Positions 37,877 to 51,742 of a stretch of 64,000 nucleotides of DNA are shown here, piece by piece (position 1 is the first letter of the stretch; each line of letters begins with the position of its first letter). The DNA comes from Octopus vulgaris (taxonomy: Eukaryota), in the NCBI GenBank assembly GCA_951406725.2, contig OX597816.1:10354001-10418000 (forward strand), in the 5' to 3' direction. The notes under the pieces are model-generated. The model ran no database searches and had not been told where the DNA came from. It saw only the letters and a list, made by a program, of their open reading frames with translations. The position numbers and the translations under genes are program-made.

Positions 37877-39114
37877 TATTATTATTACCATTAAAGCGGC
37901 AAGCTGCAAAATCGTTAGCACACTGGATGAAATGCTTACCAGTATTTCGCCGATCGCCAAGGTCAACTTTGCTTTTCATCATTTCGGGGTCAATAAATTA
38001 AGTACCAGTGAAATTCTGGGGTTGATATAATTGACTAATCACATCCCCCCCAAATTTCAGGCCTTGTGCCTATAACAGAAAGGATCATTATTATCATTAT
38101 TAAGGTGGCAAAATGGCAGAATTGTTAGCTCACCTGGCAAAATGCTTAGCAGTATTTTGCCTGCCATTTTGTGCCGAGTTCAAATTCTACAGTAGTCGAC
38201 TTTGACTTTTATCCACTCAGGGTCGATAAATCAAGTACCAGTCAAGCACTGGGAGGGGAGGGGGTGGCGATGTAATCAACTAGCCCCCTCTCCCAAAATT
38301 TCAGGCCTTGTGCCAATAATAGAAAGGATTAATTTTCTTATTATTATCATAATAATAATTATTATCTGTAGCAGCAACAGCAGCAGTAATAGTGGTGGTG
38401 GTGGTAGTAGTAGTGATAGTAGTAGTTGCAGCAGCAGCAGCAGTAGTAGTAGTAGTGGTAATGGCAGCAGTAGTGTCTTTGAAATATTGATGTTAATAAA
38501 TTTTGAAGCCAGAATTGGATTATCTACTTATTTCTGTAATGGTATTAACGATGTTGTTATATAATTTGTCTTTCAAGAAATTCTGTTTAACAATTATTTC
38601 TTCAAAAAACAAAAACAAAAAAAACCCCATAACAAACAAACAAACAAAGAAACCGGTGAAACTGCCATCTGTTACGTCAATGAAAACTTACAATGAATGT
38701 TGTTTTAGAATAGATAACTTAATTTTAGAAAGAAGAAGACGACGACGATGATGCCATTCTCAATTTTATATCAAGCTCATAGATGAGATATTGAAGTCTG
38801 CTTGAGTGGTTAACGGTAAATACAACAGCAAATCGCATGGCTGGGTGGTTAAGAGGTTTGAAGCAGAGATATACGGATGCCTGATTAAGAAGTTTAATTC
38901 CCAAATATATGGATCCAGGAAGACATGGGATGAGGTGGTGAATTTGTGTGTCTTTGCCTTTCATCCTTTCGGTGTCGATAAACTGAGTACCAGTGAAATT
39001 CTGGGGTTGATGTAATCGACTAGACCTCTCTTACCAAACATGAGGCCTTGTGCCTATGGATAGAAAGGATTATTTGTATAGGATTATTTATATATATATA
39101 TATATTTTTTTTTT

Positions 39115-39409
39115 TACGACCAGGCTATCAGATGTTGCTACACATTGCTGGTCACAATACGATTTGCATTGTTTTAGCCTTCAAATGACGCCACCCCGCT
39201 AGCTAAGCGAGCAGGCCAATAGAAGAAAGAGTAAGAGAAAGTTGTGGCGAAAGAGTACAGCAGGGATCGCCACCACCCCCTGCTGGAGCCTCGTGGAGAT
39301 TTAGGTGTTTTCGCTCAATAAACACACACAACGCTCGGTCTGGGAATCGAAACCGCGATCCTCCGACCGCAAGTCCGCTGCCCTAACCACTGGGCTATTG
39401 CGCCTCCAC
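39115..39409 (-). mobile_element. SINE family C, full length
   Basis: GTGGAGGCGCAATAGCCCAGTGGTTAGGGCAGCGGACTTGCGGTCGGAGGATCGCGGTTTCGATTCCC tRNA-like head with A and B boxes. Confidence 0.88.
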
Positions 39410-39453
<44 letters not shown>

Positions 39454-39469
39454 ATATATCTTTGAACAT

Positions 39470-40260
39470 TGGGCCTCACTGAGGCAACCACAAGTGACTG
39501 ACCCCTTTGGCGATATGCTGTGCTTTAGAAGACCCATCAAGCCAAGTAAAATCACAGTCATGGCCGATACCAGTGTCATATAACTGACACCTGTTCTGGT
39601 GGCATGTAAAAAGCACCTTGTAAACTTTGGGCCTCACAGAGGCAGTAACAAGTGACCAAGGCTTTGGTGATAAACTGTGCTTGAGATGACCCATCAAGCC
39701 AAGTGAAATCGTAGTCGTGGTCAATACCAGTGTTGCATATCTAGCACCCATGCTGGTGGCATGTAAAAAGTACCCTTCAAAACTGGGCCACAAAGAAGCA
39801 GTGACAAGTGACCAAGGCCTTTGGTGATAAACTGTACTTGAGAAGACCCCTCAAGCCAAGTGAGATTGTAGTCATGGTGGATGCCAGTGTTTCGTAACTG
39901 ACACCCATGCTGGTGGCATGTAAAAAGTACCCTTCAAATCTGGGCCACAAGGAAGCAGTGACAAGTGACCAAGGCCTTTGGTGATAAACTGTACTTGAGA
40001 AGACCCCTCAAGCCAAGTGAGATTGTAGTCATGGCGGATGCCAGTGTTTCGTAACTGACACCCATGCTGGTGGCATGGAAAAAGCACCCACTACACTCTT
40101 GGAGTGGTTGGTGTTAGGAATGGCATCCAGTCGTAGAAACCTTGCCAAATCAGATTAGAAGCAGGTGCAGCTCCCCAGCTTACCTGTCTTCAGTCAAATC
40201 TTCCAACCCATGCCAGCATGGAAAACGGATGTTAAATGATGATGAGGATGATGATGATGG
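39470..40260 (+). repeat. Four ~157-bp tandem units followed by the RTE 3' tail
   Basis: GGGCC anchors at 39471, 39629, 39785 and 39942; each unit ends TGGTGGCATGTAAAAAG(C/T)ACC. Confidence 0.88.
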
Positions 40261-40669
40261 TCTCAAGTTAAGTTTCAAAAATTTTTGTCCATGGTGCAAG
40301 TACCTTCCACTGTAGCTCCAGATTGACCAAAACTTTGGGAGTGAATTCGGTTAATAGAAACTGAATGAAGCCTTTGTATATGTACGTGTCTATGTCTATG
40401 TTCCTAATGTAGTTCTTCAGAACGACACAGAAGGTGACAAGGTTGTCCCGTATGAATTACAGGTACAACTCATTTTTGCTAATTGAGTGGATGGGAGCAA
40501 CACGAAGAAATAAAAAGTCTTGCTCAAGGTTACAATGCACTTCTGGAAATCGAACTTACAACCTGACAATTGTGAGCTGAACACCTTAACCACTAAGCTA
40601 TGTGCTTTCACTACAGTAAAGGTATGCATGTCTGTGGAGTACTCAGCTACTTGCACATAAATTTCACAA

Positions 40670-41065
40670 GTAGGAGTGGCTGTGTGGTAGGTAGCTTGTT
40701 TACCAACCACATGGTTCCGGGTTCAGTCCCACTGCGTGGCACCTTGGGATAGTGTCTTCTACTATAGCCTCGGGCCGACCAAAGCCTTGTGAGTGGATTT
40801 GGTAGGCGGAAACTGAAAGAAGCCCGTTGTATATATGGATATATATATATATATATATATATGCATATGTATGTTTGTGTGTCTGTGTTTGTCTCCCTAG
40901 CATTGCTTGACAACCGATGCTGGTGGGTTTATGTCACTGTCACTTAGCGGTTCGGCAAAAGAGACCGATAGAATAAGTACTGGGCTTACAAAGAATAAGT
41001 CCTGGGGTCGAGTTAAAGGCGGTGCTCCAGCATGGCCATAGTCAAATGACTGAAACAAATAAAAG
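40670..41065 (+). mobile_element. SINE family A copy
   Basis: Full-length match. Other copies at 42511-42908(+), 43204-43583(+), 45875-46240(-), 49985-50332(-) and 54621-55025(+). Confidence 0.88.
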
Positions 41066-41461
41066 AGAGAGAGAGAGAGAGAGAGAGTAGGCTGTTTCAT
41101 TGATCAGATCAACAGGAATGCTCAGTGCTGGTTTAAATGTTTATATATAAGGCTGTCCCTTTGGGATTCAGTTTAGCAACCTACAGGGTGGGGGGGGCTC
41201 ACTAGCGCTGAGAGCATAAAAAATTCAACCAGTACATGCTGTGAAGTGGTTGGCGTTAGGAAAGGCATCAAGCTGTAGAAATCCTGCCAATACAGACATT
41301 GGAGCATGATGCAGTCCTTGTGTCCATCAGATTCTGTCAAACCATCCAACCAATGCCAGCATGGAAAGCGGACATTAAATGATGATGCTGACCTTCAGAA
41401 GATATCAACATTACATCTCTTTGACCTAGGTCGATAATAAGTTAAGTTAATTGTTTGGCTC

Positions 41462-41655
41462 AAAAAGCAAAAAGCAAGGCCATGTAGGGGGACATGGAGT
41501 TATGTACAGGGTGGTGTTCATGCAAAGAGTTCAGGCCATTTGTGGTCAAGGGAGACTTTGAACCGAGCGGTCGTCGGCATCTTCACTATCTCGTCCGGCA
41601 GTTTATTCCATGGATCCACAACCCGGATGGAGAAAGCCCCTCTCCTTCGATTGTG
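41462..41655 (-). mobile_element. CR1-type LINE 3' end (second family)
   Basis: Minus strand NRRRGAFSIRVVDPWNKLPDEIVKMPTTARFKVSLDHKW. Confidence 0.75.
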
Positions 41656-43919
41656 ATTATACAGATCTCATTCAAATTAACCCCCAGTATATAACTGGTA
41701 CTTATTTCATCTTGATGAAAGACAAAGTTGACTTCAGTATTTCAACAAGATATGCAAATAATCCTTTCTATCCAGAGGAACAAGGCCTGATGTTATGTGG
41801 GAGAGGACTAGTTGATTACATCAACCCCAGAATTTCACTGGTACTCAGTTTATCAACTCTGAAAGGATGAGCGGCAAAGACAACATTGGTGGAATTTGAA
41901 CTCAGAATGTAGAGATGGGTGAAATACTGCTAAGCATTTCACCCGGCATGCTAACGATTCTGTCACCTCGCCCCGCCATAAAGAAATGGAAGTAATTAAA
42001 CTTAACAATTTATTAGGAATATACTTGTAGTTGATTGAATTGATTCTGATATCGAATTGGTAATTACTTAATTGACCTCAGGAGGACGAAAGTAATATAT
42101 GAATAATATATATATATATATACATACATACATATGTATATATGTGCATACATGCAAGCATATATTATACATACATACATACATACATAAACACATACAT
42201 GCATGCATACATAAACATATACATGCATGCATACATAAACATATACATGCATGCATACAAACATACACACAAACATATATGTGTATATATATATATATAC
42301 AAACACACACACACAAATTGACCTTACAACATTTTTTAAAGCCTAGTACTTATTCTATTGGTCCCTTTTGCCACACCGTTGAGTTACAAGGATCTAAATA
42401 CACCGATACCAGTTGTCAAGCAGTGGTGGAGGGACAAACACATATACAAAGACACACACACACACAAACATATATATATATACACACACTCATACATAAA
42501 CGTATATATACAGGCGCAGGAGTGGCTGTGTGGTAAGTAGCTTGTTTACCAACCACATGGTTCCGGGTTCAGTCCCACTGCGTGGAACCTTGGGCAAGTG
42601 TCTTCTACTATAGCCTCGGGCCGACCAAAGCCTTGTGAGTGGATTTGGTAGACAGAAACTGAAAGAAGCCCGTCGTATATATGTATATATATGCGTGTGT
42701 GTGTTTGTGTATCTGTGTTTGTCCCCCTAGCATTGCTTGACAACCGATGCTGGTGTGTTTATGTCCCTGTTTACCTAGCGGTTCAGCAAAAGAGACCGAT
42801 AGAATAAGTACTGGGCTTACAAAAGAATAAGTCCCGGGGTCGAGTTGCTCGACTGAAGGCGGTGCTCCAGCATGGCCACAGTCAAATGACTGAAACAAGT
42901 AAAAGAGTATACCATATTGATGTGGTATGAGTAAAGTCAGGAACTCTGTAACTGTCATCATGTAGCTAGTAATTTACCATTTTCTTTTTTTTTTTTCTCT
43001 GTTACCAACATTGTTTGGAGTGGTGTATACCATGTGATTGTAATTGAAATATTTACCAAAAACTATGAATCTGGGAGACCTTATTGCAACACGCAGTAGT
43101 GTTTATAAGTAGTGTCTTATAAGACATTCCAGAGATTCTGCATTTGGGTTTCAAGGAATTACGAAATGGATAGAATCACACAAGCATAAGGCTTGCACAT
43201 ACACAGGCATAGGAGTGGCTGTGTATCAAGTAGCTTGCTTACCAACCACATGGTTCCATTTTCAGTCCCACTGTGTGACACCTGGGCCAAGTGTCTTCTG
43301 CTATAGCCTAGGACCGACCAAAGCCTTGAGTGGATTTGGTAGACGGACACTGAAAGAAGGCTGTCGTATATATGTATATATATGTATGTGTGTGTATATG
43401 TTTGTGTCAGTCCCACCAACATTGCTTGACAACCGATGTGCTGGTGTGTTTACGTCCCCGTAACTTAGCAGTTCGGCAAAAGACACCGATAGCATAGTCC
43501 TGGGGTCGATATGCTCGACTAAAGGCGGTGCTCCAGCATGGCCACAGTCAAATGACTGAAACAAGAATAAAAGAGTAAAAGAGTACATGAGAAGTAACCA
43601 AACACTTGTGTACTAAACAGACATGTACATCCATTGCATGAGCACATGTAGGTCCCCAGATACAGGGACACACATGGAAACATTAATTCACTTTCAGATT
43701 CATAAATCTCTGGATTCTAACAAAAAAAGGCCTTATCAGTTGGTTTGTGACTGGCTTGAATACAGCAGAGGAGAGCTTAATCTCCAAAGAAAAGCATAAA
43801 CATACACACAGGCTCCCTCCCTATCTCTCTCATATACACACACAGATGAAATATATATACCTCAATGATAATATAATGCATCTGCCTTTGTTGTTACTTT
43901 CACATTCTCATTATAAATA

Positions 43920-44145
43920 GATACATATATCTATGTATGTGTATATGTGTGTGTATTATATTTATGTATATTATATATGTATATCTATGTGTATATTATA
44001 TATGTATATCTATGAGTATATTATATATATATATGTATTATATATATGTAATATACATATATGTATATTATGTGTATATTATATATATATATATGATATA
44101 TATATGTATTATATATGTAATATATATATGTATTATATATATGTA

Positions 44146-44176
<31 letters not shown>

Positions 44177-44320
44177 GTCTATATTATATATATGTATATT
44201 ATGTGTATATTATATGTATGACTGTATGTATGCATATGTCAGTATTTATATATGAATATACATACACACTTTCTCATACACATATATATATTTACACACA
44301 GACACATACATACACAATTG
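43920..44320. repeat. Degenerate (TA)-rich low-complexity tract
   Basis: Directly visible; comparable tracts at 42095-42315, 44770-45025, 60275-60665 and 62740-63380. Confidence 0.95.
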
Positions 44321-44958
44321 TTTCAACCGATGCCTTGGAGGACACAATTTTGCTTTTCTTTGGCAATGGTCATTAATCTTTATTTGGTAAAATGTCTAAA
44401 GATTTAATACGATAATTCATTAGAAAGTTTTCTAAAAGAAATCCTTTAGAATTCCAGGAGAGCTTTTCACAAACAACAATTCAGTTGGGTTTACGTATTA
44501 ATCTTGGAAAACAAAAACTTATCAGGTCAGCTTATCATAACTTAGGAATCGATTGAATATCACTTTAGGCAAGCTGTATGATTATTCATTCAAGTGGACA
44601 GCCATTCATGATTTGATTTCATTTAACATTACCAGACTGATTTAGAAGCCAGTCACCAAATCATCCTTGAGCAAGATAACTTCTTAGTTAGATTTCTTGA
44701 TTTCTTGAGTTTTACAAACAACCAAGAGACAGGTTTGTTCACCAAGTGTTATTTTGGTGGTTGCATTCATAAATATGTATATATATAAACAAACACATAC
44801 ATCTATATATATATACACACATATACATCTATATATATATACACACACATACATCTATATATGCACACACATACATCTGTATATACACACACATATACAT
44901 CTATATATATATAAACATACATACATACATTTATATATATATATACACACACATATAC

Positions 44959-44991
<33 letters not shown>

Positions 44992-46035
44992 TCTATATAT
45001 ATATACACACATACATACATCTATATTCTTTTACTCTTTTACTTGTTTCAGTCATTTGCCTGTGGCCATACTGGAGCACTGTGTTTAGTCGAGCAAATCA
45101 ACCCCAGGACTTATTCTTTGTAAGCCTACTACTTATTCTACCGAGCCCTTTTGCTGAACTGCTAAGTTATGGGAACGTAAACACACCAGTATTGGTTGTC
45201 AAGCAATGTTTGGGGGACACACACAGACACACAAACAGACATCACCTCTGAATAGTGCTTGGATGGTTATCATAAGTTACTCATCGACTCTTAGCTCTCT
45301 CAGCAACAACCAGATTACAGAACCAGGGACTCTAATGAAGGCCAATGTCAAGTACAATGATGCCCTTTTATTTATTCATATATCTATCTATCTATCTATC
45401 TATCTATATATATGTATATATATATATATATATATACATATATATATACAAAGAGAGGGAGAGAGAGTGCAGGTATGGCTGTGTGGTAAGAAGCTTGCTT
45501 CCCAATCACATGGTTCTGGGTTCAGTTCCACTGTAAGACACCTTGGGTGTCTTCTACTATAGCCTTGGGCCACCCATGGTAGATGGAAACTGAAAGAAGC
45601 TCATTGTCAATGTGTTTTGAGTGTGTGCCTTTGTGTCTTGTCTCCTACCCATTTGACAACTGGTATTGGTTTGTTTACATCCCTGTAACTTAGCAGTTCG
45701 GCAAAAAAGACCAATAAAGTACCAGGCATTAAAAAATATATAAGTACTGGGGAATAAATTCATTCAACTAGAAAATTCTTCTAAGTGGTACTCCAGCATG
45801 GCCACAGTCTAGTAACTGAACAAACAAAAGATAATTTAGCCAATTAAGAAGGTACATGTGTGTGTGTCTTTCTTTTCCTTTTATTTGTTTCAATCATTTG
45901 ACTGTGGCCATGCTGGAGCACCGCCTTTAGTCGAGCAAATCGACCCCAGGACTTATTCTATCAGCCCCGTTTTGCCGAACTGCTAAGTGACGGGGATGTA
46001 AACGCACTAGCATCTGTTGTCAAGCGATGTCAGGG

Positions 46036-46076
<41 letters not shown>

Positions 46077-47350
46077 CAACGGGCTTCTTTCAGTTTCCGT
46101 CTACCAAATCCACTCACAAGTCTTTGGTCAGCCCGAGGTTATAGTAGAAGACACTTGCCCAAGGTGCCACGCAGTGGGACTGAACCCGGAGCCATGTGTT
46201 TGGTAAGCAAGCTACTTACCACACAGCCACTCCTGTACCTATGTGTATGTATACACACACAAACACACATCCACACTCAAAGAGGCACATACAGACATCT
46301 TCTTCGTTCACTATTTCGGATTGAAATTCACTTGAGCTATTTACACTGTGACAATTAACAGATTAATTTAGAATTTGTGTGTTGTTAGATTGCTAATTAA
46401 GCAGAATCAGTCATATTTCTTATTCAAAGAATTTCTCTTTGAATACTTGTAGTATTTCTAAATTACTTAGATTGTATACCAAGCTTAGTTTCACTCCAAT
46501 ATTTAGAGAAGAATGCTGCAGTCATCTTACCTGCAGTTGTTATTTAACCCCGAGCCAGATCAAAGGTCTTCCAGCTATGATCATTCTGCTTTTTTTTTTT
46601 TGGGTTTTTTAATTTTTTTTTTTTTTTGGTTTTTTAATTATTTTTTTTTTTTTTTGTGTATCTAGAATTCAATTATTCATTGTATCCTAATCTGATTAAC
46701 TCTGATGAAGCTAATTCAAGAACTGAACTATCTTGCAAATTATAAACCACACACATGAATACAAACATACGCACACATGCACACTTATGTATACACACAC
46801 TGCACACAAATGCAAACTCCTGTGTGTTTCTGTGTTGGTACAGGTGTAGTTGCATTGTTAAGAAGTTGGCTTTCAAACCACAGTTCCAGGTTCAATCTCA
46901 CTGTGTTACATCTTACTCATAGCTCTGGACAGATTAAAGCCTTAGGAGTGAACTTTGTAGACAGAAACTGAATGAAGCCTAACATCATTGTTGTTGTTTA
47001 ATGTCCACTTTTCATGCTGGCATGGGTTGGGCGGTTTGACAGAGGAATAGCAAGCTGGGAGGCTGCACCAGGCTCCAATCTCATTTGGCAAGGTTTCTAC
47101 GGCTGGATGCCCTTCCTAATGCCAACAACTCAGAGTGTAGTGGGTGATCTTTACATGCCACTGGCACGAGGGCTAATCAAGTGGCACTGGCATGGGAGCC
47201 AGTCAGGCAGCACTGGTATTGACCACACTATCATATATATATATATATACATATATATACATGGGCAAGTGCCTTCTACTAAAGGCTTGGGCTGACCAAA
47301 GCCTTGTGATTGACTTTAGTAGATGGAAACAGGGAGAAGCTCCTTGTATG

Positions 47351-47384
<34 letters not shown>

Positions 47385-47450
47385 AGAGGAAAAAGAAAAT
47401 GGAGATTAGGAAGTTAATAATTGTTTACTATTAAAAGCAAATTGAACATC

Positions 47451-47533
47451 TTCCTTTACAGCTGTTTCAATTAATACTCAGTAAATATTAAATTTATATT
47501 TATATGACCTGAGCATAATATCTTCAGAGGGAA
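47451..47533 (-). ncRNA. Hammerhead-like motif with long stem II in a dispersed repeat (47385-47595)
   Basis: Minus strand TTCCCT-CTGAAGA-TATTATGCTCAG..CTGAGTATTAATT-GAAACAGCTGTA-AAGGAA; palindromic ACAGCTGT; homolog at 58796-58879. Confidence 0.6.
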
Positions 47534-47593
47534 AAAGAAAAATGTCCCCTTGGATGTTTTATATGTGTTTATGGATTCCTTGCAGAAAACTGA

Positions 47594-47639
<46 letters not shown>

Positions 47640-47930
47640 GATGATGATTTCTATTCAGCGTAAGATATGTTTATGCACTGACCTATGAATTGCTCTGCTA
47701 GATTTTGTCATCCATAACATTAATGGCCATGATATTGTGAGGTCTGAAAATGGACATCACCATTATCAGTGCTATCATAGAAGATACTTCTGTAAATTCC
47801 ACACAATGGGACCAAACTCAAAAGCATGGAGTTGGGAAATGAATTCCTTAATACATAGGTATGTAAAACTTAAATGAAAAGACCCAAAGTTGAATTATAA
47901 GAAAAGCTACAAGAATAATTTAAGCTTTAA

Positions 47931-48398
47931 CCCTTTCATTTCCGTATTTATTTTGAGATGCTCTGTGTTTCTTTCAATTGATTTTAAATAAAACAAAGAA
48001 TTTAGTAAAATAACTTAGTTATCATTAAGCTAGTGTTAGGAACATAAATTGTGACTAAGGTTTGGTGGAAGATTTTAACTGAAAACTTATGAAAACAAGA
48101 CATTTGTACTACAGAGACAAAGGCGGTTTCAGCCAGGTTAGTATCAAAAGGGTTAAAAATATCATGGAGACTTTAACCCTTTTGTTACTATATTTCCTTT
48201 GAGAAGCTCTGTGTTTCTTTCAATTAATTTTAAATAAAACAAAGAATCTAGTAAAATAACTTAGTCATCATTCAGCTAGTGTTAGGAACATAAATTGTGA
48301 CTAAGGTTTGTTGGAAGATTTTAATTCAGAACTTATGAAAACAAGACATTTGAACTACAGAGCCAGAGGCGGTTTCAGCTGGATTGGTATTGAAAGGG
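47931..48398. mobile_element. Two tandem 222-bp piggyBac-like MITEs (47931-48152, 48177-48398)
   Basis: Each reads TTAA|CCCTTT...AAAGGG|TTAA with homologous interiors; older relatives near 6990-7100 and 8420-8600. Confidence 0.8.
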
Positions 48399-50761
48399 TT
48401 AAGAATTTGCTCTAAGAATCAGCTATCAACAGATTCGTGTTTAAAAGAGGATGTGATACTATATTCTATATTGTTGCCATTTTATACACAGACTGTCTCC
48501 TAATCATTTCTGACCAGGCACTGAGATTTGGTTGTTATTTCTAGCAGATCAAGTAACCACATATGGACACCTACGTTGCCAAATCTATCTATTTAGATTA
48601 AAGTGTTTTGCCTGAAGTTAGTGCGTGTACTTTTGCACAGTTAGTATTCAAAGTGGATAGTTGTTTCCACCTGACAGAACAGCCTTACACAAAATAGTTT
48701 AGAAACCTTATTCAAATATTACTTGGTCAATCAATCCCTTGGCTTAAAGTAGTTTATTATTGATTCAAGAAACCATTTATTCTACCTTTAGGTCATTTTC
48801 TTCCTCTAACCAAGACGTCATTCGATTGTAATTTCACTCAACTTTTTCATCCTTATCTTGCGGTTATTAACTAAAGGACAGACAGACAGACTGGCATTGA
48901 ATAAAACAAAGCTGACAGCCTTGTAGGAAAATAAAAGACATCATCATCATCATCATCCTTGTTTTAGTGCCCACTTTTCATCCTTGCATGGACAAGACAG
49001 AATTTGTAGAGGTGTATTTTCTCTAGGAAGTCTTCACCTGTTTCCAAGTGAGGTAATATTTCCCCACAACCTGACATGTCTTGAAAAATTAGAATTAAAA
49101 GGACATTATGCCATGCTTGAGAAGAAGAGCCATTAAATCAACCAAAATTGCTATCATGGTAGATACTGGTGTCACACAAATGGCACCCGTGCCAGTGGCA
49201 CGTAACAGCACCCATTACACTCTCAGACTGGCTGGCAGGGGCATCCAGCCAGAGAAAACCATACCAAATCAGACTAGTGTACGATGCAGCCTTCCAGCAT
49301 GCCAGCCTGGTCAAACCATCCAACCCATGCCAGCATGGACAACAGACATTAAATGATGAAGATGACACTGCTTGCATAAGTGACACTCACAAGTATGCAA
49401 TGTCAGGATAAGGAGACAGTAACAAACACACTCACATACACAGGAGGGGTTTCTTTCAGTTTCCATCTACCAAATCCACTCAGAAGGCTTTGGTTGAACA
49501 AGGACTACAAAAGAAGACACTTGTTCAAATTGTACAGTGGGACTGAACTCAAAGCCATGTGGTTGGAAAGCAAGCTTCTTACCTCACAACCAAGCCAGTG
49601 CCCACATATATATCTTCTATCTTTACTTGTTTCAGTCATTAGACTGCGGCCATGCTGGGGCACTGCTTTGGAAGAATTTTAGTTGAACTAATTAACCCCA
49701 GTTTTTATTTTTCTAAGCCTGGTATTTATACTTTTGGTCTCTGTTGCTGACTTGCAAAGCTACAGGGATATAAACACACCAACACCAGTTGCCAAGTAGT
49801 TGTGGAGGACAACACAGACATAAAGACACACACATTCGACAGGCTTCTTACAGTTTCCATCTACCAAATCCATTGACAAGGCTTTGGTTGGCCCGAGACT
49901 ATAGTATAAGATGCAGTGGGACTGAACTTAGAACCATGTGGATGGGAAGCAAACTTCTTATCATTCACCCACACTTGTGCCTATACCTTTTATACTCTTT
50001 TACTTGTTTGTCATGTGACTGTGGCCATGCTGGAGCACCACCTTTAGTCAAGCAAATCGACCCCAGGACTTATTCTTTGTAAGCCTAGTACTTATTCTAT
50101 CGGTCTCTTTTGCCAAACCGCTAAGTTACAGGGATGCAAACACACCAGCATCGGTTGTCAAGTGATGTTGGGGGACAAACACAAACACACAAACATACAT
50201 ATATACGACAAGCTTCTTTCAGTTTCCATCTACCAAATCCACTCACAAGGCTTTGGTTGGCCTGAGGCTATAATAGAAGACACTTTCCCAAGGTGCCACG
50301 CAGTGAGACTGAACCCGGAACCATGTGGTTCGTAGAACACCATGTAATTATTCTTACTGAACCCCAGAATAAAGTAGTATTATCTTGCAGCTCACCAAAT
50401 CATTGCAGAAGTGACAAAGATGGCTTTACCAATGCCATTTGCTATATTGTTTACTTAAGAATAGAATATTGTAACAGTTTATTAGACTGGCATAAAGCCT
50501 GAAGTTTTACATGTATGCATGTATGTGATGGCGTTGGTGGTGGTAGTGGCAGCGTTAGTGATAGTTGTGGATAAGTATAGAGAAAGATATCTTTAAAATG
50601 CATGCTTTTCTCCAGGGCATTAATAACATAAATGAGATAAAATGATTCTAAATAAGAATCAAATATGGGTTATTTCTTTGAGGCACTTTGAATTTTTCAC
50701 ATGAAATGAATTCTTCAGATTCTCATAGAAAACAACAATGATAGTTGCTATAACAATAACA

Positions 50762-51360
50762 AGAGCACTCAGAGAGCGCAAACCGCTGCCAAGGCAACAC
50801 CAACATTCTCTCAACGATAGGTCAGATATGAATTTTAAAATAAGAATATCTTAAATAAATTCGACTGCTCTCACAAATGAGAATACTGAACACGAACCCA
50901 ACTGCTATCAAAAATTAAGTAAAAGAAAAAAATTAGAAAAATAATCCAGAATCCTTGTCCGGTACCGGATCGATCCCAATGGTAGTCCTGGAATGTGAAG
51001 GTGGAAGTAGAAAATTTAGTAACAGTAATAAATAGTTTATCCTTATCCAATACAAGCCAAAGTTAACAAATTCACCATTCAAAATAGTTGAAACCTAAAG
51101 GGAGATAATTGGGAAAGACTTGAAAGTTAACATAAGATCATGATCATGTAAAATAAAATAAATATAACAAAAAATAATCCAGAATTCTTGTCCAGTACCG
51201 GATCGATCCCAAAATCTAATCAGCTTGTGCCAGGCATGAAGCCCAACATCCCTGAAAGTTTCATCTGAATCTATCCAGAGGTTCTAGAAATATCTTGTCC
51301 ATAGACAAACAAACATGACAGAAAATAATACCTCCACCTTAGCAAAGGTAGAGGTAATAA
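50762..51360 (-). mobile_element. Helentron/HINE-like element with internal duplication
   Basis: Reverse homolog of 37511-37876; block ATAATCCAGAAT..CTTGTCC..GTACCGGATCGATCCCAA occurs twice. Confidence 0.6.
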
Positions 51361-51511
51361 TAAGCAACAGAACTTGTAACTTTACAGAAAAACTAAACTA
51401 ATTAGAGGAAAACTGTTAAAGAATTTGCATATTTTATTCACAAGGACATGACATAAAAAAAATTCAAAGCCTTTTTTGTGTGTGTTTGCAATTAAAATCA
51501 TGTTAATACCA

Positions 51512-51742
51512 TTTCTTTACTACCCACAAGGGGCTAAACACAGAGGGGACAAACAAGGACAGACAAACGGATTAAGTTGATTATATCAACCCCAGTGCGT
51601 AACTGGTACTTATTTAATTGCCTCTGAAAGGATGAAAGGCAAAGTCGACCTCGGCGGAATTTGAACTCAGAACGTAGTGGCAGGCGAAATACCGCTAAGA
51701 ATTTCGCCCGGTGTGCTAACGTTTCTGCCAGCTCGATGCCTT
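51512..51742 (-). mobile_element. SINE family B with ~17-bp flanking direct repeat
   Basis: AAATCATGTTAATACCA on both sides. Confidence 0.88.

Noticed and set aside
39340-39409. tRNA gene
   Set aside because: The tRNA-like head runs into a SINE body and lacks a paired acceptor stem; the same applies to heads near 8330, 9130 and 33255.
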